A stretch of DNA of 64,000 nucleotides, from positions 1 through 64,000 of the forward strand of contig JBDKFG010000016.1 in NCBI GenBank assembly GCA_039798785.1, read 5' to 3'. How positions within the stretch are numbered: position 1 is the first letter of the stretch; each line of letters opens with the position of its first letter. The notes below the pieces were generated by a model that saw nothing but the letters and a program-made list of their open reading frames with translations, was not told where the DNA came from and made no database searches. Below, one piece after another: positions 40,030 to 49,859 of this stretch. The DNA is from Verrucomicrobiota bacterium. GTDB taxonomy: Bacteria; Verrucomicrobiota; Lentisphaeria; Lentisphaerales; Lentisphaeraceae. The position numbers were made by a program, and so were the translations under genes.

Positions 40030-40293
40030 GTCGGGTATCTCCTTATGTGACTAGGTCGTTTTTTTGGTGTTGCGGAAGCCGGGCAATCTAGCATGTCTAG
40101 ATCGGTGCGCGACGAGGGAGAGTGAGAAAAATCTTCGGAACATGTTGAAAACAGGGTCGAGAAGAGGTTTGACAGGGGAGAATGCCGGATTAGTTTGGAT
40201 GCCCGCCGCCGAGCTCGACCTGAAGCCAGATTGTCAGGCCCGACGGAACCCCATCTCCAAAAGAAACCAGAATCCAACCCCGGAGTTCCCCAA

Positions 40294-40479
40294 GTGCCGT
40301 CCGAAGTCAACACCAAGAAGGGTGAGCCCATCGAAAAGGCTCTCAGAAGGCTGAAAAAGAAACTGGACCGTGAAGGCGTTCTGCGCGAACTGCGCAACCG
40401 TCGCCACTACGAAAAGCCCAGCGAGATCCGCCGCCGCGAAGAAAAACGCATCGCCAAGCGCATCACCAAGCCCAGCTGA
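40294..40479 (+). CDS. rpsU: 30S ribosomal protein bS21
   Basis: GEPIEKALRRLKKK...RRHYEKPSE; GTG start after GGAG. Confidence 0.95.
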   Translation: MPSEVNTKKGEPIEKALRRLKKKLDREGVLRELRNRRHYEKPSEIRRREEKRIAKRITKPS

Positions 40480-40576
40480 AGCCCACCAGGCTTTTTTGCA
40501 GGACTAGCACGAGTGCAGCCGGTATACCGCAAGGTCGCCGGCTTTCCTCGTATCTGCACAACATTCGGGGCGCTCG

Positions 40577-41515
40577 ATGAAGTCCTTATTGACTCTTTGC
40601 ATCCTTCTGCTGATCTGCCTCGCCTGGGGATTGTTTGCCGGCGCGCCTCTCCCCGCGGATGACTGGCGGGATTCCGACGGGATCCTCTGGTCTTTGCGGG
40701 CGCCGCGACTGGTGACGGGCCTCCTCTGCGGGGGTGTTTTGTCGCTCTCCGGCATGGCGCTTCAGGGTAGCCTGCGCAACGAGCTGGCTTCCCCCTTTAC
40801 TCTCGGCCTCAGTTCCGGCGCCGCCTTTTTCGCCGGATTGGGACTGGTGGCCGGCCTTTCCGGCTTGATGCTGCCGCCCCTGGCTTTCTGCGGTGCCCTC
40901 GCGGCAGGGGCGCTCACCCTCGGCGCCGCCGGACGCCGTGGGGACTGCGTCCGTCTCGTCCTGGCTGGTGCCGCAGCTGGCTTCCTCTTCGGTGCAGGGA
41001 TCGCCTTGGTGCAGTCGCTCGCCGGTCCGGAAAAAGCCGGGCGCCTGTCCTTAATGATGATCGGTCGCCTCGATTGCCTGGGCTGGAGTGTTCCCGGGCT
41101 TCTCGCGCTCCTCCTGGCTTTTTGCGGCCTCAGCCTTTGGCGGCGGCGCCACAGTCTCGATCAGCTGCTCTGCGGTGACGAACTGGCCGGCAGCCGTGGC
41201 GTCGACGTTGTCGCAGAGCGCCGTGGCTGTCTCGTCATCGCCGCCCTCCTTGCCGGGACCGCCACGGCTCTTTGCGGGCCGATCGGCTTTGTCTGCATCG
41301 CCGGACCGCATCTCGCCCGCCATCTGGCAGGTCCTTCGCATCGTGTCCAGATCCCCGCCGCCATCCTTTGCGGCGGACTCTTCCTGTCTCTCTGCGACAG
41401 CTTCGGGCGCAGCCTGTCGCCGGATTGCGAAATTCCAGCCGGAGCCATCAGCGCTCTTGCCGGTTGTCCATTTTTTCTTTTTCTTTTGCGGCGCAGTTCT
41501 TTCAGGAATAATTAA
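40577..41515 (+). CDS. FecCD/BtuC-family ABC permease
   Basis: LRAPRL, LRNELASPFTLGLSSGA, GPIGFV...PHLAR. Confidence 0.9.
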   Translation: MKSLLTLCILLLICLAWGLFAGAPLPADDWRDSDGILWSLRAPRLVTGLLCGGVLSLSGMALQGSLRNELASPFTLGLSSGAAFFAGLGLVAGLSGLMLPPLAFCGALAAGALTLGAAGRRGDCVRLVLAGAAAGFLFGAGIALVQSLAGPEKAGRLSLMMIGRLDCLGWSVPGLLALLLAFCGLSLWRRRHSLDQLLCGDELAGSRGVDVVAERRGCLVIAALLAGTATALCGPIGFVCIAGPHLARHLAGPSHRVQIPAAILCGGLFLSLCDSFGRSLSPDCEIPAGAISALAGCPFFLFLLRRSSFRNN

Positions 41516-41595
41516 TGGTTCTGATTGCTAGCTTTCCCGGTGGTTTGGCCTTATCGTAACTCTCAGGTAGCATTCCTTGAACAAGGAGCGGTTTT

Positions 41596-42735
41596 ATGGA
41601 GAGAAACGGCAATCCCGTCGTCCTCATCGTCGACGACAATCCCCAGAATCTGCGCGTCTGCAGCCAGATGCTGGCGAGCATGGGGATTGAAACCCTGATT
41701 TCGATGGATGGACTGCAGGCGCTCGACTCGGTCCGCTCGATGCCGCCGGACCTCATCCTTCTTGATATTCATATGCCGCGGATGGATGGTTATGAATGCT
41801 GCCGCCGCCTCAAGGCCGATCCCGCTTCCAGCCAGATCCCGGTGATCTTCCTTTCGGCCATGAACGACGAATTCAACAAGGTCCTCGCGTTTGAATGCGG
41901 CGCCATCGACTACATCTCCAAGCCCTTCCAAGTGGAGGAAGTGAAGAGCAGGATCAGCACCCACCTCCAGATCGCCCATCAGCGTGCCGAGATGATGGCG
42001 ATGATGGGGGAATTGAAGGAAATGAACCGTACCATCGGCGAGCTTCTGCAGATCGTCACTCACGACCTCTCCAATCCCATCGGTGTGATCCTTCATGACG
42101 TCAGTCATCTCAAAAATCTTGAGGATCCGGTGCTTGCCAAGCGGGTCAAACGCATCTCCGATTCCGCCGCTCTGGCGCACGGCTTGATCGATTGCGTCCG
42201 CGAGTGGCGCCGGATAGAAAGCCAGGGAGTGCAGCTCGAGTTTTCCAACCTCCTGGGTGAAATCCAGCGTGCCGCCGCGGTTCTCGACAGTCGCCTGCAA
42301 GCCAAAGGGCTCAAGATGGAGATCGACATCTCTCCCGACTTGGAGACCATGGTCGAGAAGCGTTCCTTCTCGCTTTCGGTGTTGAGCAACATCCTCAGCA
42401 ACGCGATCAAGTTCTCACACCCCGGCGGCTTGATCAGGATCAACGCCGAAGTCCATGCCGGACTGTTGCAGCTTCGAATCAGCGACCAAGGGATTGGCAT
42501 ACCTCAGCCTGATATCGGGAAGCTGTTCGACGCCAGCAAGTCGCAAAGTCGCATCGGCACCGCCGGCGAACAGGGCACGGGCTTTGGTCTCTCGATCGTC
42601 AAGCGACTCATGGATGCCTATGAGGGCTCGGTCAGCATCAATTCGGTCAGCGAGGCAGATTCGCCGGATAGTCACGGCACCATCGTCACGCTCACCTTCA
42701 CCCGTTGGCGAGCCGGCTCCGCCGTAGCCCGCTGA
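41596..42735 (+). CDS. hybrid response regulator / histidine kinase
   Basis: Receiver VLIVDD..DLILLDIHMP; H-box THDLSNP; NILSNAIKFS, DQGIG, GTGFGL. Confidence 0.92.
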   Translation: MERNGNPVVLIVDDNPQNLRVCSQMLASMGIETLISMDGLQALDSVRSMPPDLILLDIHMPRMDGYECCRRLKADPASSQIPVIFLSAMNDEFNKVLAFECGAIDYISKPFQVEEVKSRISTHLQIAHQRAEMMAMMGELKEMNRTIGELLQIVTHDLSNPIGVILHDVSHLKNLEDPVLAKRVKRISDSAALAHGLIDCVREWRRIESQGVQLEFSNLLGEIQRAAAVLDSRLQAKGLKMEIDISPDLETMVEKRSFSLSVLSNILSNAIKFSHPGGLIRINAEVHAGLLQLRISDQGIGIPQPDIGKLFDASKSQSRIGTAGEQGTGFGLSIVKRLMDAYEGSVSINSVSEADSPDSHGTIVTLTFTRWRAGSAVAR

Positions 42736-42752
42736 AGATCTCCGAGTCCATC

Positions 42753-42780
42753 AAAAAGCCCCGGCGCGCCGGGGCTTTTT
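42753..42780. terminator. bidirectional terminator
   Basis: AAAAAGCCCCGGC/GCCGGGGCTTTTT between convergent genes. Confidence 0.8.
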
Positions 42781-42782
42781 GA

Positions 42783-43841
42783 TCAGCGCCTTCTTGCGCC
42801 CTGGATCGCTTTTTGCACGTTCTTTCGCGTCCGGGCCAGTTTTTTCGCGAGGTCCGTCGCTTTGTCGGCGGCTTGGTCACGCTGCTTTTCCAAGGCCAGT
42901 TTCTGCGCTTGCAGGGCGGCAAGATCGGCAGGCGCGGCTTCAGCCAGCTTTGCCGTCAGGGCGATCAGCTGGGTGTGCAGCTGCCCCTCAGTTTGCGCCG
43001 CTTCGAGGTAGGGCTGGGCATTGGCGTTTTCCTTGAATTCGTCGCCGTCGAGGACCAGGGCCTTGCCGAGTTCGGCGATCGGAGCGCCATTTTCGGTTTT
43101 CAGATTCTGGTCGGAGAAGCTGGCTACATGGAGGTTGTTTTTGCGGTTGTGGGCGATCTTGAAACCGCTCGCCGCGGCGCCGACGAATTCTTTTCCGTCA
43201 TCGGACATCTTGATCTTGAACCCCGAGCCCTTGGGGACGTTGATGCGGGCGTCGCAGTAGGAGTTCTCCTTGCCCTCATGATCGGAGGTGGCGACCTCCG
43301 CACCGGCGCCGAGCTTGCTGATCTTGAAGCCGCTGGGATTGACGTAGATCTCCCCCTTGCTGCACTTGAAGGCTTGAGCTCCTTCGATCTTGCCCGCCGG
43401 ATCGCCGACGCTGACTTCGAAATGGGTGCCGACGTGACCGCAGACCGCGCTCGGCGTGTCCACCGTCAGGCTGTGGTCCTTAGGGAAGGAGTCAAGCTCC
43501 AGTGCTACCGTGCCGCCGACCACTTTGACCTTTGGATGCTTGATATTGGGCGAGCTCAGGCTGATCATCGTCTGAGGCAGGATCCGGACCTTGTTGCCGG
43601 CCGAGAACTCAATCGTCATCTGGGCTCGCACGGTCTTGATGCTTGCCGGGAAGGGATAGAACTTGCCGGTCTCGACTTTGCCGTAGGGGGATTTGTCGTC
43701 GGCGCGGATGGAGGCAGAGGGATCGCTGACATCCAGAACTTTGAAGCCGGTGATTGCGGGCGCAGCGTCATCGGCGGCGCGGATCATGGGGGCAAAGGCG
43801 GGGAGGAGCAGAAGAAGGCGGGCGGCTTCGCGGCGATTCAT
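42783..43841 (-). CDS. exported FecR-like domain protein
   Basis: Tat-like MNRRE signal; LTVDTPSAVCGHVGTHFEV; C-terminal coiled coil. Confidence 0.65.
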   Translation of the reverse strand: MNRREAARLLLLLPAFAPMIRAADDAAPAITGFKVLDVSDPSASIRADDKSPYGKVETGKFYPFPASIKTVRAQMTIEFSAGNKVRILPQTMISLSSPNIKHPKVKVVGGTVALELDSFPKDHSLTVDTPSAVCGHVGTHFEVSVGDPAGKIEGAQAFKCSKGEIYVNPSGFKISKLGAGAEVATSDHEGKENSYCDARINVPKGSGFKIKMSDDGKEFVGAAASGFKIAHNRKNNLHVASFSDQNLKTENGAPIAELGKALVLDGDEFKENANAQPYLEAAQTEGQLHTQLIALTAKLAEAAPADLAALQAQKLALEKQRDQAADKATDLAKKLARTRKNVQKAIQGARRR

Positions 43842-43996
43842 TTTTGGACCTCTTGGGTGGGCTGTTGCACCTAGACCAATATACACACGGATGGCGCTTT
43901 CCCGCAATGATCTGCCTGTAAGGACTTGAATCAGGATGACTGGATTGAAAAGCGAGGCGCCTACTTTCGTAAGCGCCTCGCGTTGCAATCAAATGG

Positions 43997-44041
43997 TGGT
44001 GGGCCCACACGGATTCGAACCGTGAACCAAGGGATTATGAG
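43997..44041 (-). pseudogene. 3' half of a CAT-anticodon tRNA (Ile2/Met), acting as attachment site of the integrative element
   Basis: Minus strand reads CTCATAATCCCTTGGTTCACGGTTCGAATCCGTGTGGGCCCACCA (anticodon loop, T arm, acceptor 3' strand, CCA); no D arm or 5' acceptor strand upstream. Confidence 0.85.
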
Positions 44042-44216
44042 ACCCCTAATTTTGTGCTTAAATCGCGTCATATTCCCACTGAAATTCCCACTACAGGCCA
44101 CTTTGTCGCGTTTTGCGACATGTGGGATTTTATGGCTAGCCAAGGAGTGATAGAGTGATAGATAGCGGCGGCGAAGAGTGGGCGTATCTTGTTCCAATGA
44201 CCTCGGAGTTCCCTAC

Positions 44217-44372
44217 ATGCGCCAATCTGCTAAACCCGCCGCCGCTTCTGCCAAGCCGTCTAACACCACGGCTTCGTCTTCCCCCGCGTCCAAGCCTCGG
44301 ATGCCTCTGCAAGAAGCGCTGAAGCGCACCAATGAGCGCTTCGGTAACTGCCTGCGCAAGCTGGGTGAGTGA
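44217..44372 (+). CDS. putative Doc antitoxin (short)
   Basis: Directly upstream of doc; C-terminal ERFGNCLRKLGE resembles Doc-neutralising helices. Confidence 0.55.
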   Translation: MRQSAKPAAASAKPSNTTASSSPASKPRMPLQEALKRTNERFGNCLRKLGE

Positions 44373-44379
44373 CGCCGGG

Positions 44380-44772
44380 ATGGAGCCTTATTTCCTCTCT
44401 ATGGATGAGGTCTTGGCGATCCATCAAGACCAGATTGACCGCTATGGCGGCGAAGTCGCGCTGCGGGATGCCGGACTTCTCGAAAGCGCGGTTATGCAGC
44501 CGCAAGCCTCTTTCGCCGACTATCTCTATTCATTTCCCTTCGGCATGGCTGCGGCCTATCTCTGCGGTCTGATCAAGAATCACGCCTTCATCGATGGCAA
44601 CAAGCGCACTGCTACTGCCGCCGCCGTGGTCTTCCTGCTGATGAATGGTTGGGAGCTGGAAATGGAAGAGATGGACTTGTGTCGACTCAGCATTCACGCC
44701 GCTTGCGGCGAGATCGGGCAAGAGCAAGTCGCCACGGTGTTACAAGTCTACGCTCGCCCTTTGGTGGATTGA
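44380..44772 (+). CDS. doc: Doc (death-on-curing) toxin, Fic family
   Basis: LRDAGLLESA, HAFIDGNKRTA. Confidence 0.92.
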   Translation: MEPYFLSMDEVLAIHQDQIDRYGGEVALRDAGLLESAVMQPQASFADYLYSFPFGMAAAYLCGLIKNHAFIDGNKRTATAAAVVFLLMNGWELEMEEMDLCRLSIHAACGEIGQEQVATVLQVYARPLVD

Positions 44773-44774
44773 GC

Positions 44775-44945
44775 ATGACCAAGCCTATTGAACTCACGCC
44801 GACTCTGAGCCATGCAGCTTATCGCCGCATAGTCGAGCAAGTGCGCGCCAATGAGGGCAAGCCGCTGCCGAAAGGCTCGCGCCCGATTATTGATTTGATC
44901 CGACGCAAGATGCGTACGGAGAGCGCCGCCTCGCGCCCGTCTTGA
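44775..44945 (+). CDS. small hypothetical protein
   Basis: ATG 2 nt after the doc stop; MTKPIELTPTLS... Confidence 0.45.
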   Translation: MTKPIELTPTLSHAAYRRIVEQVRANEGKPLPKGSRPIIDLIRRKMRTESAASRPS

Positions 44946-45320
44946 CTTCATGCTGCTGGCTCTTTTATCGGCACCCTTTACAGGCTGCGCCCTTGCGGCC
45001 TGCATCGCTCTTGCCTGCCGCTGGAAAGGAGATAGCTTGCGGTGGGTGTCACAGAGCTTGCCATTGTGGTGGGTGTAGTGCGACACTCATTGAAGCGCTC
45101 CCATCTGTTTCCAGCTGTCGAAGGTGGCAGATGCGTAGCTCCGGGCGAGGTGCATTGCTTTTCCGGTGCATCGCTTCAAGCTTCAAGCTTGAAGCGCTCC
45201 CACTTGTTGGCGGCTGCCGAAGTCGACAGGTGCATAGCCATGAGTGAGGTTCCCTGCTTGCTTTTGGTGCCGCTTAATTTCCTCTTGTTTTGGCGGATCT
45301 GTCGTGGCTACTTAGCTGCG

Positions 45321-45890
45321 TCAACGAATGATTGGCTTAGAGGTGAGCTTTCCAGTTGTCGACATGCGTTGATAGGAAGCAAACCAAGCAGCGTCCATCT
45401 GCTCAAGCTGCTCCGTGCGTTCCGCAAGAGCGGTGTTTAATCGTCGGACTTCGTCAGTGAGAGATTGAACCTGGTATTCCAGCTGCTCATAGGTGGGTGG
45501 AACCACAACCGGTTTTGGTGGATCAGGCCATCGCGCCGCCATCTCTTTCTGAATTCTGGCATATGGCTCATTCGGATCAACCCAGAGCGAAGTTCGCTTA
45601 TCGTCGAGATCGTGTAGCTTTCCATATGCGGCGGCTTTTTGATTCTCTTCGCTGACGGTGTTGATGAATCTTAGAAGTTGGGCTCTGTGATTGGTGTGCT
45701 CGACGGCGAATTTCTGCTCTAGCCAGCGCTTCACGGTAGAGGCGCTGACACTGGGCGTCATCATTTTCGCGAATTTGGCCAAGCTGAGGCGCTTGCGCTT
45801 CTTGCCTCCATTTGAGCCTAGCTCCCAGCGCCAAAAGTTGAGGATCGCCGACTCGACAAGATCTAACTTGCCATCTATTTCAATACCCAT
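45321..45890 (-). CDS. putative HTH repressor of the element
   Basis: LSLAKFAKMM..VSASTVKRWLE HTH-like motif; divergent from the xis-like genes; coiled-coil C-terminus. Confidence 0.6.
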   Translation of the reverse strand: MGIEIDGKLDLVESAILNFWRWELGSNGGKKRKRLSLAKFAKMMTPSVSASTVKRWLEQKFAVEHTNHRAQLLRFINTVSEENQKAAAYGKLHDLDDKRTSLWVDPNEPYARIQKEMAARWPDPPKPVVVPPTYEQLEYQVQSLTDEVRRLNTALAERTEQLEQMDAAWFASYQRMSTTGKLTSKPIIR

Positions 45891-46166
45891 GGTTGCCCTC
45901 CGGATTTTCCCATTGCTTGAAGAATGGCATTCATTGCGCTAAAATCAAGGTGATCCCTTATTGTGTTGCGCAGTTTAAGACGATATATTGCGCTTTGGTT
46001 TGCTAAAAATTGGCGCTTATTGCTTTTGGTTTGAGCACAAAAACTAAATTTGCACCAACTTAAAAACCTGACTTTCAAGCTTGATTAGAGGCTCTTACAT
46101 TCATTTACCTGCCAAGCAGCCAGCTTGGCTGAGTAACGCAACGAAAAAAGCAATGGAGAGCAACAA
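45891..46166. promoter_or_regulatory. AT-rich divergent control region
   Basis: Non-coding AT-rich spacer between the repressor-like and xis-like genes. Confidence 0.5.
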
Positions 46167-46505
46167 GTGAAGAGAAAAACCGTAAGGAATCATCCCCAGT
46201 TCAAGCCAGCAGCAAGTCTTTTGATCTCGCTCGGCTTCATCGACAACTCAGATAAACTCGCTGACCTGCTCGATGCCTCGCAGCGTCCTGCTGGTCAAGA
46301 CATCGCCGAGCTCAAGAGCTCCGGTGGCCTGATTCGACTCAACGATGCCGCCGCCAGGATCGGCGTCTGTCGTTCGACAATCAAGAATTGGTGTGAATCC
46401 AAAATTTTGGTTCGCTGCAAAATCGGCGGCGTCGTTGGCGTGACTCCCGCCAGTCTGGAGAAAGCCATCAATAGCGGCCTGGTCAGTAAAGACCTTGCCA
46501 AATAA
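46167..46505 (+). CDS. excisionase/AlpA-like HTH protein
   Basis: LIRLNDAAARIGVCRSTIKNW. Confidence 0.7.
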   Translation: MKRKTVRNHPQFKPAASLLISLGFIDNSDKLADLLDASQRPAGQDIAELKSSGGLIRLNDAAARIGVCRSTIKNWCESKILVRCKIGGVVGVTPASLEKAINSGLVSKDLAK

Positions 46506-46552
46506 TCGCACCCTGCCAACACCAATCCACCCCCCAATCCCGGAGAATCCCC

Positions 46553-46948
46553 ATGAGCCATAAACAACGCCGCCCTGCGGCAATCCGAATCCTCAAATCC
46601 AGCGATGAGCAGAAGACCCTTCTGCCCCTGGCCCTCAAGTCCTGCGTCATCGAAGAAAAAGGAGAGGATGGCTCGGTCATCCGTCGAGCCCCTCGCCTTG
46701 ATGAAGTCGAAGCTGCCCTCAAGGCTTATTTCGCTGCTGTTGATGCTGCCCCCGGCGAGGAGCCGGTCGCTGCCCTGCCCCGCGTCATGCGGGTTCGTGA
46801 AGCGGCCCAAGCTCTTGGCATCGCTGTCGTCACGGTGCGCCTCTGGCTTCGTCTGGGCCGCCTGCGGAAGGTCCAGCTCAGTGCCGGCGCGGTGGGCGTC
46901 TGCGCTGAGGATGTAGCCGCGTTCATCGCCAAAGCCCGGAGGGCCTAA
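46553..46948 (+). CDS. excisionase-like (HTH_17/MerR-type) protein
   Basis: VMRVREAAQALGIAVVTVRLWLRLGRL. Confidence 0.75.
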   Translation: MSHKQRRPAAIRILKSSDEQKTLLPLALKSCVIEEKGEDGSVIRRAPRLDEVEAALKAYFAAVDAAPGEEPVAALPRVMRVREAAQALGIAVVTVRLWLRLGRLRKVQLSAGAVGVCAEDVAAFIAKARRA

Positions 46949-46951
46949 GCC

Positions 46952-47230
46952 ATGCCAGAATGTAGCTCGGAAATCTCCGCCACCCTCATCTCCATCGAGA
47001 CTCAGCTCCTCGACATTCACGAGGCCCTGTGCCGAATTCCCGCCACGGCGGCTCTGGTGCCGTTGAAAGCCCACCTCATCCACGTGATTGAGTTGCTCAT
47101 GCACGCTCGCGGAGAGCAGATGCCTTTTCAATTGCGACAAGAGCTCCAGGCTGAGGCAGGAATTCACTCGTACAAGGTGCGTTCCACAATCGACTGGCCC
47201 TGCCCGATCACCGCCGAGGTGAGTCCGTGA
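46952..47230 (+). CDS. hypothetical protein
   Basis: Tightly packed in the element operon. Confidence 0.5.
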   Translation: MPECSSEISATLISIETQLLDIHEALCRIPATAALVPLKAHLIHVIELLMHARGEQMPFQLRQELQAEAGIHSYKVRSTIDWPCPITAEVSP

Positions 47231-47559
47231 GCCAGCTATGCACTAAGAAGAAAATCCCAAACCACAAACCAAGAAAAGTCGCCAAACCGATGAGAACCAA
47301 AACCTCACCCAAAAAAGAAGTCGCCAAGGGTGCAACCACGGCGACATCTGTTAACCCTGGTGGGCCGAACACTCCCAAGGTTAACGCCAAACCCCGAAAC
47401 CGCAAGTTCTTGAGAAAGCTCGATCCCGCCGAGGCCTTGGCGCAGCTCTCTCTCGAGATCGAAAAACTCAAGTGCGAGCATTTGTCCAAGGTCGCGTCAC
47501 TGCGCCTTCTGAAGCGCCAGGTACGAGCACTGCTCAAGGAGGTCCTCAATGTGCGATAA
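47227..47559 (+). CDS. basic hypothetical protein with coiled coil
   Basis: Overlaps both neighbours. Confidence 0.45.
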   Translation: MSQLCTKKKIPNHKPRKVAKPMRTKTSPKKEVAKGATTATSVNPGGPNTPKVNAKPRNRKFLRKLDPAEALAQLSLEIEKLKCEHLSKVASLRLLKRQVRALLKEVLNVR

Positions 47560-47866
47560 CCCCGATATGACTGTGGCCGAGCTCCTCATGCCCTTTGATC
47601 ATGTCCGCCCGCATCCCGATGCCTTTGTTTTCTGGGCCAAGTGCCGGCTGTGTCAGCGTGAAGATGGCTTGTTGATTTCGATACGCCCCTTCCGCGCCAC
47701 TTGCAGGAACGCTTGTAAACGCATGGGCATTCTCAAGGATGCCTTCGCGGGGCGGCGACTGACTCCGAAGACGCGTCTGGAAGTCATGGACGCCGCTCGG
47801 GCTGCCGCCAAGAACCTCAGCGAAGACAGCCGGGAAATTGAGCGATTGACGAGGTGGCTCCGATGA
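47549..47866 (+). CDS. zinc-finger protein, primase zinc-binding-domain-like
   Basis: WAKCRLC...LLIS...TCRNAC; ATGA overlap with the helicase gene. Confidence 0.55.
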   Translation: MCDNPDMTVAELLMPFDHVRPHPDAFVFWAKCRLCQREDGLLISIRPFRATCRNACKRMGILKDAFAGRRLTPKTRLEVMDAARAAAKNLSEDSREIERLTRWLR

Positions 47867-49806
47867 GCATCACCCTCATTGCCGATCACCTCGGCATGGA
47901 TCCTCACATCCTGGATATCGCCGGCTTCGTCGAGTCCGGCGACATGATCGAGATCCCGGCGAGGCAAGGTCGACTGCGATTCGGCTGGTGGGACGAGAAA
48001 AATGTCATGACCACTCGGCATGATTCATCATTCCCAGTCGTCTCTTGCGAGGCCGTGACCGCCTTCTGCAAGTTGGTCGTGACCGATGATTTCGCCAGCT
48101 TTTGTCGAATGCGCTTGATTGAGCTTGTAGATCGCGACAAGGCCTCGGGCCTGCGCGTCATCCTGCTTGGCAAGGGATGGCGCAAGATCCAGCTCGAAGA
48201 CGCTGTTGCGGCCTGTGGCAGTGGCCAGATTTATGCAACTTCGAAGCGCATCCTCAAGGAATTGGAGATCTTTAAACCCACTCCATTACCACTCGGTTGG
48301 CTGAAGTCATTAGAGAAGATTGGTGTCGATCCAGAAAAACTTGCTGACGCATCGGCTGCACTGACTCCGGAAATGGCTCCAGTCGCGCAACCAGCAGTGC
48401 AAGGTGATTCCTGGTCCAGATTCCGCATTCTGTCGCCTGCCGGCCATCCGGCACTGTTCTTGACCGTGGGCACTGACAAGGATAGTGGCTTCCTGTTTGA
48501 TGAGGAGTCAGGGGAATTCGATTTGCAGCAGGCGATCAATCTCCAAGCGGCGAGCCAGATGATGCAAGTTGCGACCTGGCGTACCCAAGGAGTCATCGCT
48601 CCAGATAGCAACGCGGCGGAGATGATCGGCAGACACACCTTGCGGGTGCGCTCAATTCTCGGCGACGCCTCGCTGCCGGGGGCAGGTGAAATCCAAGGGA
48701 AGGACTACGCCTACAATCCTTACAGAATTCGTGGGCGAGCGCAATTCCATCAGGTCGCCGCCACCTTTCTGGAGCTCTTCATGCCAGATCCGCGGGATCA
48801 CGCCTTCCTGCTGCGCTGGCTGAGCTCACTCACCAGCTTGTCGGAGCCTTTACCCGCGTTCTTCCTGTGGGGCGAGCCGAACAATGGCAAGTCAATGTTC
48901 TTAGCTGGGGTCGCCGGTGTCTTTGGAGGCTCGATGAATTACGAGGATTTTGCTCATGCCGATTTCCGCGAGCCGCTGCTGCGCACCCCTTGCATCATCG
49001 GCGAGGAGATCACTGTCAGTGGCAAAAAGGCGGCCGCGGAACACCTCAGCCTGATCAAGTCAAGCACTACAGGCGCGACGCTTACGGTCAACCTCAAGCA
49101 TCGACCTGCTGTCATCATCCGAGAAGCACGCTTGCGCTTCGTCTTCGCCGCCAATGATCAAAAGATGCTGGCCAGCCTCTACAGATCAGTAAAAGGCGAG
49201 GCCATCTCATTGCGTGCCTTTGCCATGCGAGTCATGATCCTCAAGCACAACAATTGCGGCGAGGCCGTGCGGAGTCTCTTGATCTCGTTCTTCTCTCAGA
49301 CCCCCAGTCATCAACGCCAAGCGGCCTTTCAGCGCTGCCTGACTGAGCACTTCCTTTGGCTCTGCGAACATCGCAAAAGCCAAGAGGAAGCCGAGGCGTC
49401 TGGACTCGTGAACGACCCTCGAATGGCGGTGCTTCAGCCATTGGATGAGATCATAGGCAAACTCAAGACGGCGGCTGATTTAGGAGGGGGTTCAGATCAA
49501 CGCGCAAGTGCCTTTGTGGCGGACATCGGCTTGATGGCGGAAAGTGCTCTTGTTGACGGCCGATCCGGTCGCGGGCGGGATTACGTCTTGTGCTCTCTGG
49601 CGCGAACCGGCCGGGTCTCACTGAATCAGATCTGGGTAGAGTCCAATGCGCCGCCAGGTGTACCACTTGATGAAATCACAGCTGCATTGATCGCCGCCGG
49701 CTGGGCCAAGGAGCAGGTTAGGGTGGAGGGCGAACATGGAAAGCGCTACGCGTGGTCTAGGACTCTCAGCTTGCCCGACTTCGACCCTCGTGAGGATGTC
49801 TGGTAA
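47863..49806 (+). CDS. replication primase-helicase-like P-loop protein (SF3-like)
   Basis: Walker A LWGEPNNGKS, Walker B CIIGEE, VNLKHR, FVFAAN. Confidence 0.75.
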   Translation: MSITLIADHLGMDPHILDIAGFVESGDMIEIPARQGRLRFGWWDEKNVMTTRHDSSFPVVSCEAVTAFCKLVVTDDFASFCRMRLIELVDRDKASGLRVILLGKGWRKIQLEDAVAACGSGQIYATSKRILKELEIFKPTPLPLGWLKSLEKIGVDPEKLADASAALTPEMAPVAQPAVQGDSWSRFRILSPAGHPALFLTVGTDKDSGFLFDEESGEFDLQQAINLQAASQMMQVATWRTQGVIAPDSNAAEMIGRHTLRVRSILGDASLPGAGEIQGKDYAYNPYRIRGRAQFHQVAATFLELFMPDPRDHAFLLRWLSSLTSLSEPLPAFFLWGEPNNGKSMFLAGVAGVFGGSMNYEDFAHADFREPLLRTPCIIGEEITVSGKKAAAEHLSLIKSSTTGATLTVNLKHRPAVIIREARLRFVFAANDQKMLASLYRSVKGEAISLRAFAMRVMILKHNNCGEAVRSLLISFFSQTPSHQRQAAFQRCLTEHFLWLCEHRKSQEEAEASGLVNDPRMAVLQPLDEIIGKLKTAADLGGGSDQRASAFVADIGLMAESALVDGRSGRGRDYVLCSLARTGRVSLNQIWVESNAPPGVPLDEITAALIAAGWAKEQVRVEGEHGKRYAWSRTLSLPDFDPREDVW

Positions 49807-49859
49807 ACCATCTCGAAAACCCGCCCCAGCTGGATCACCTAGCTGGGGCGCTAATTTGC

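Noticed and set aside
43997..44075. Intact tRNA-Met/Ile gene
   Set aside because: The 5' acceptor strand and D arm are missing, so it was called an att fragment.
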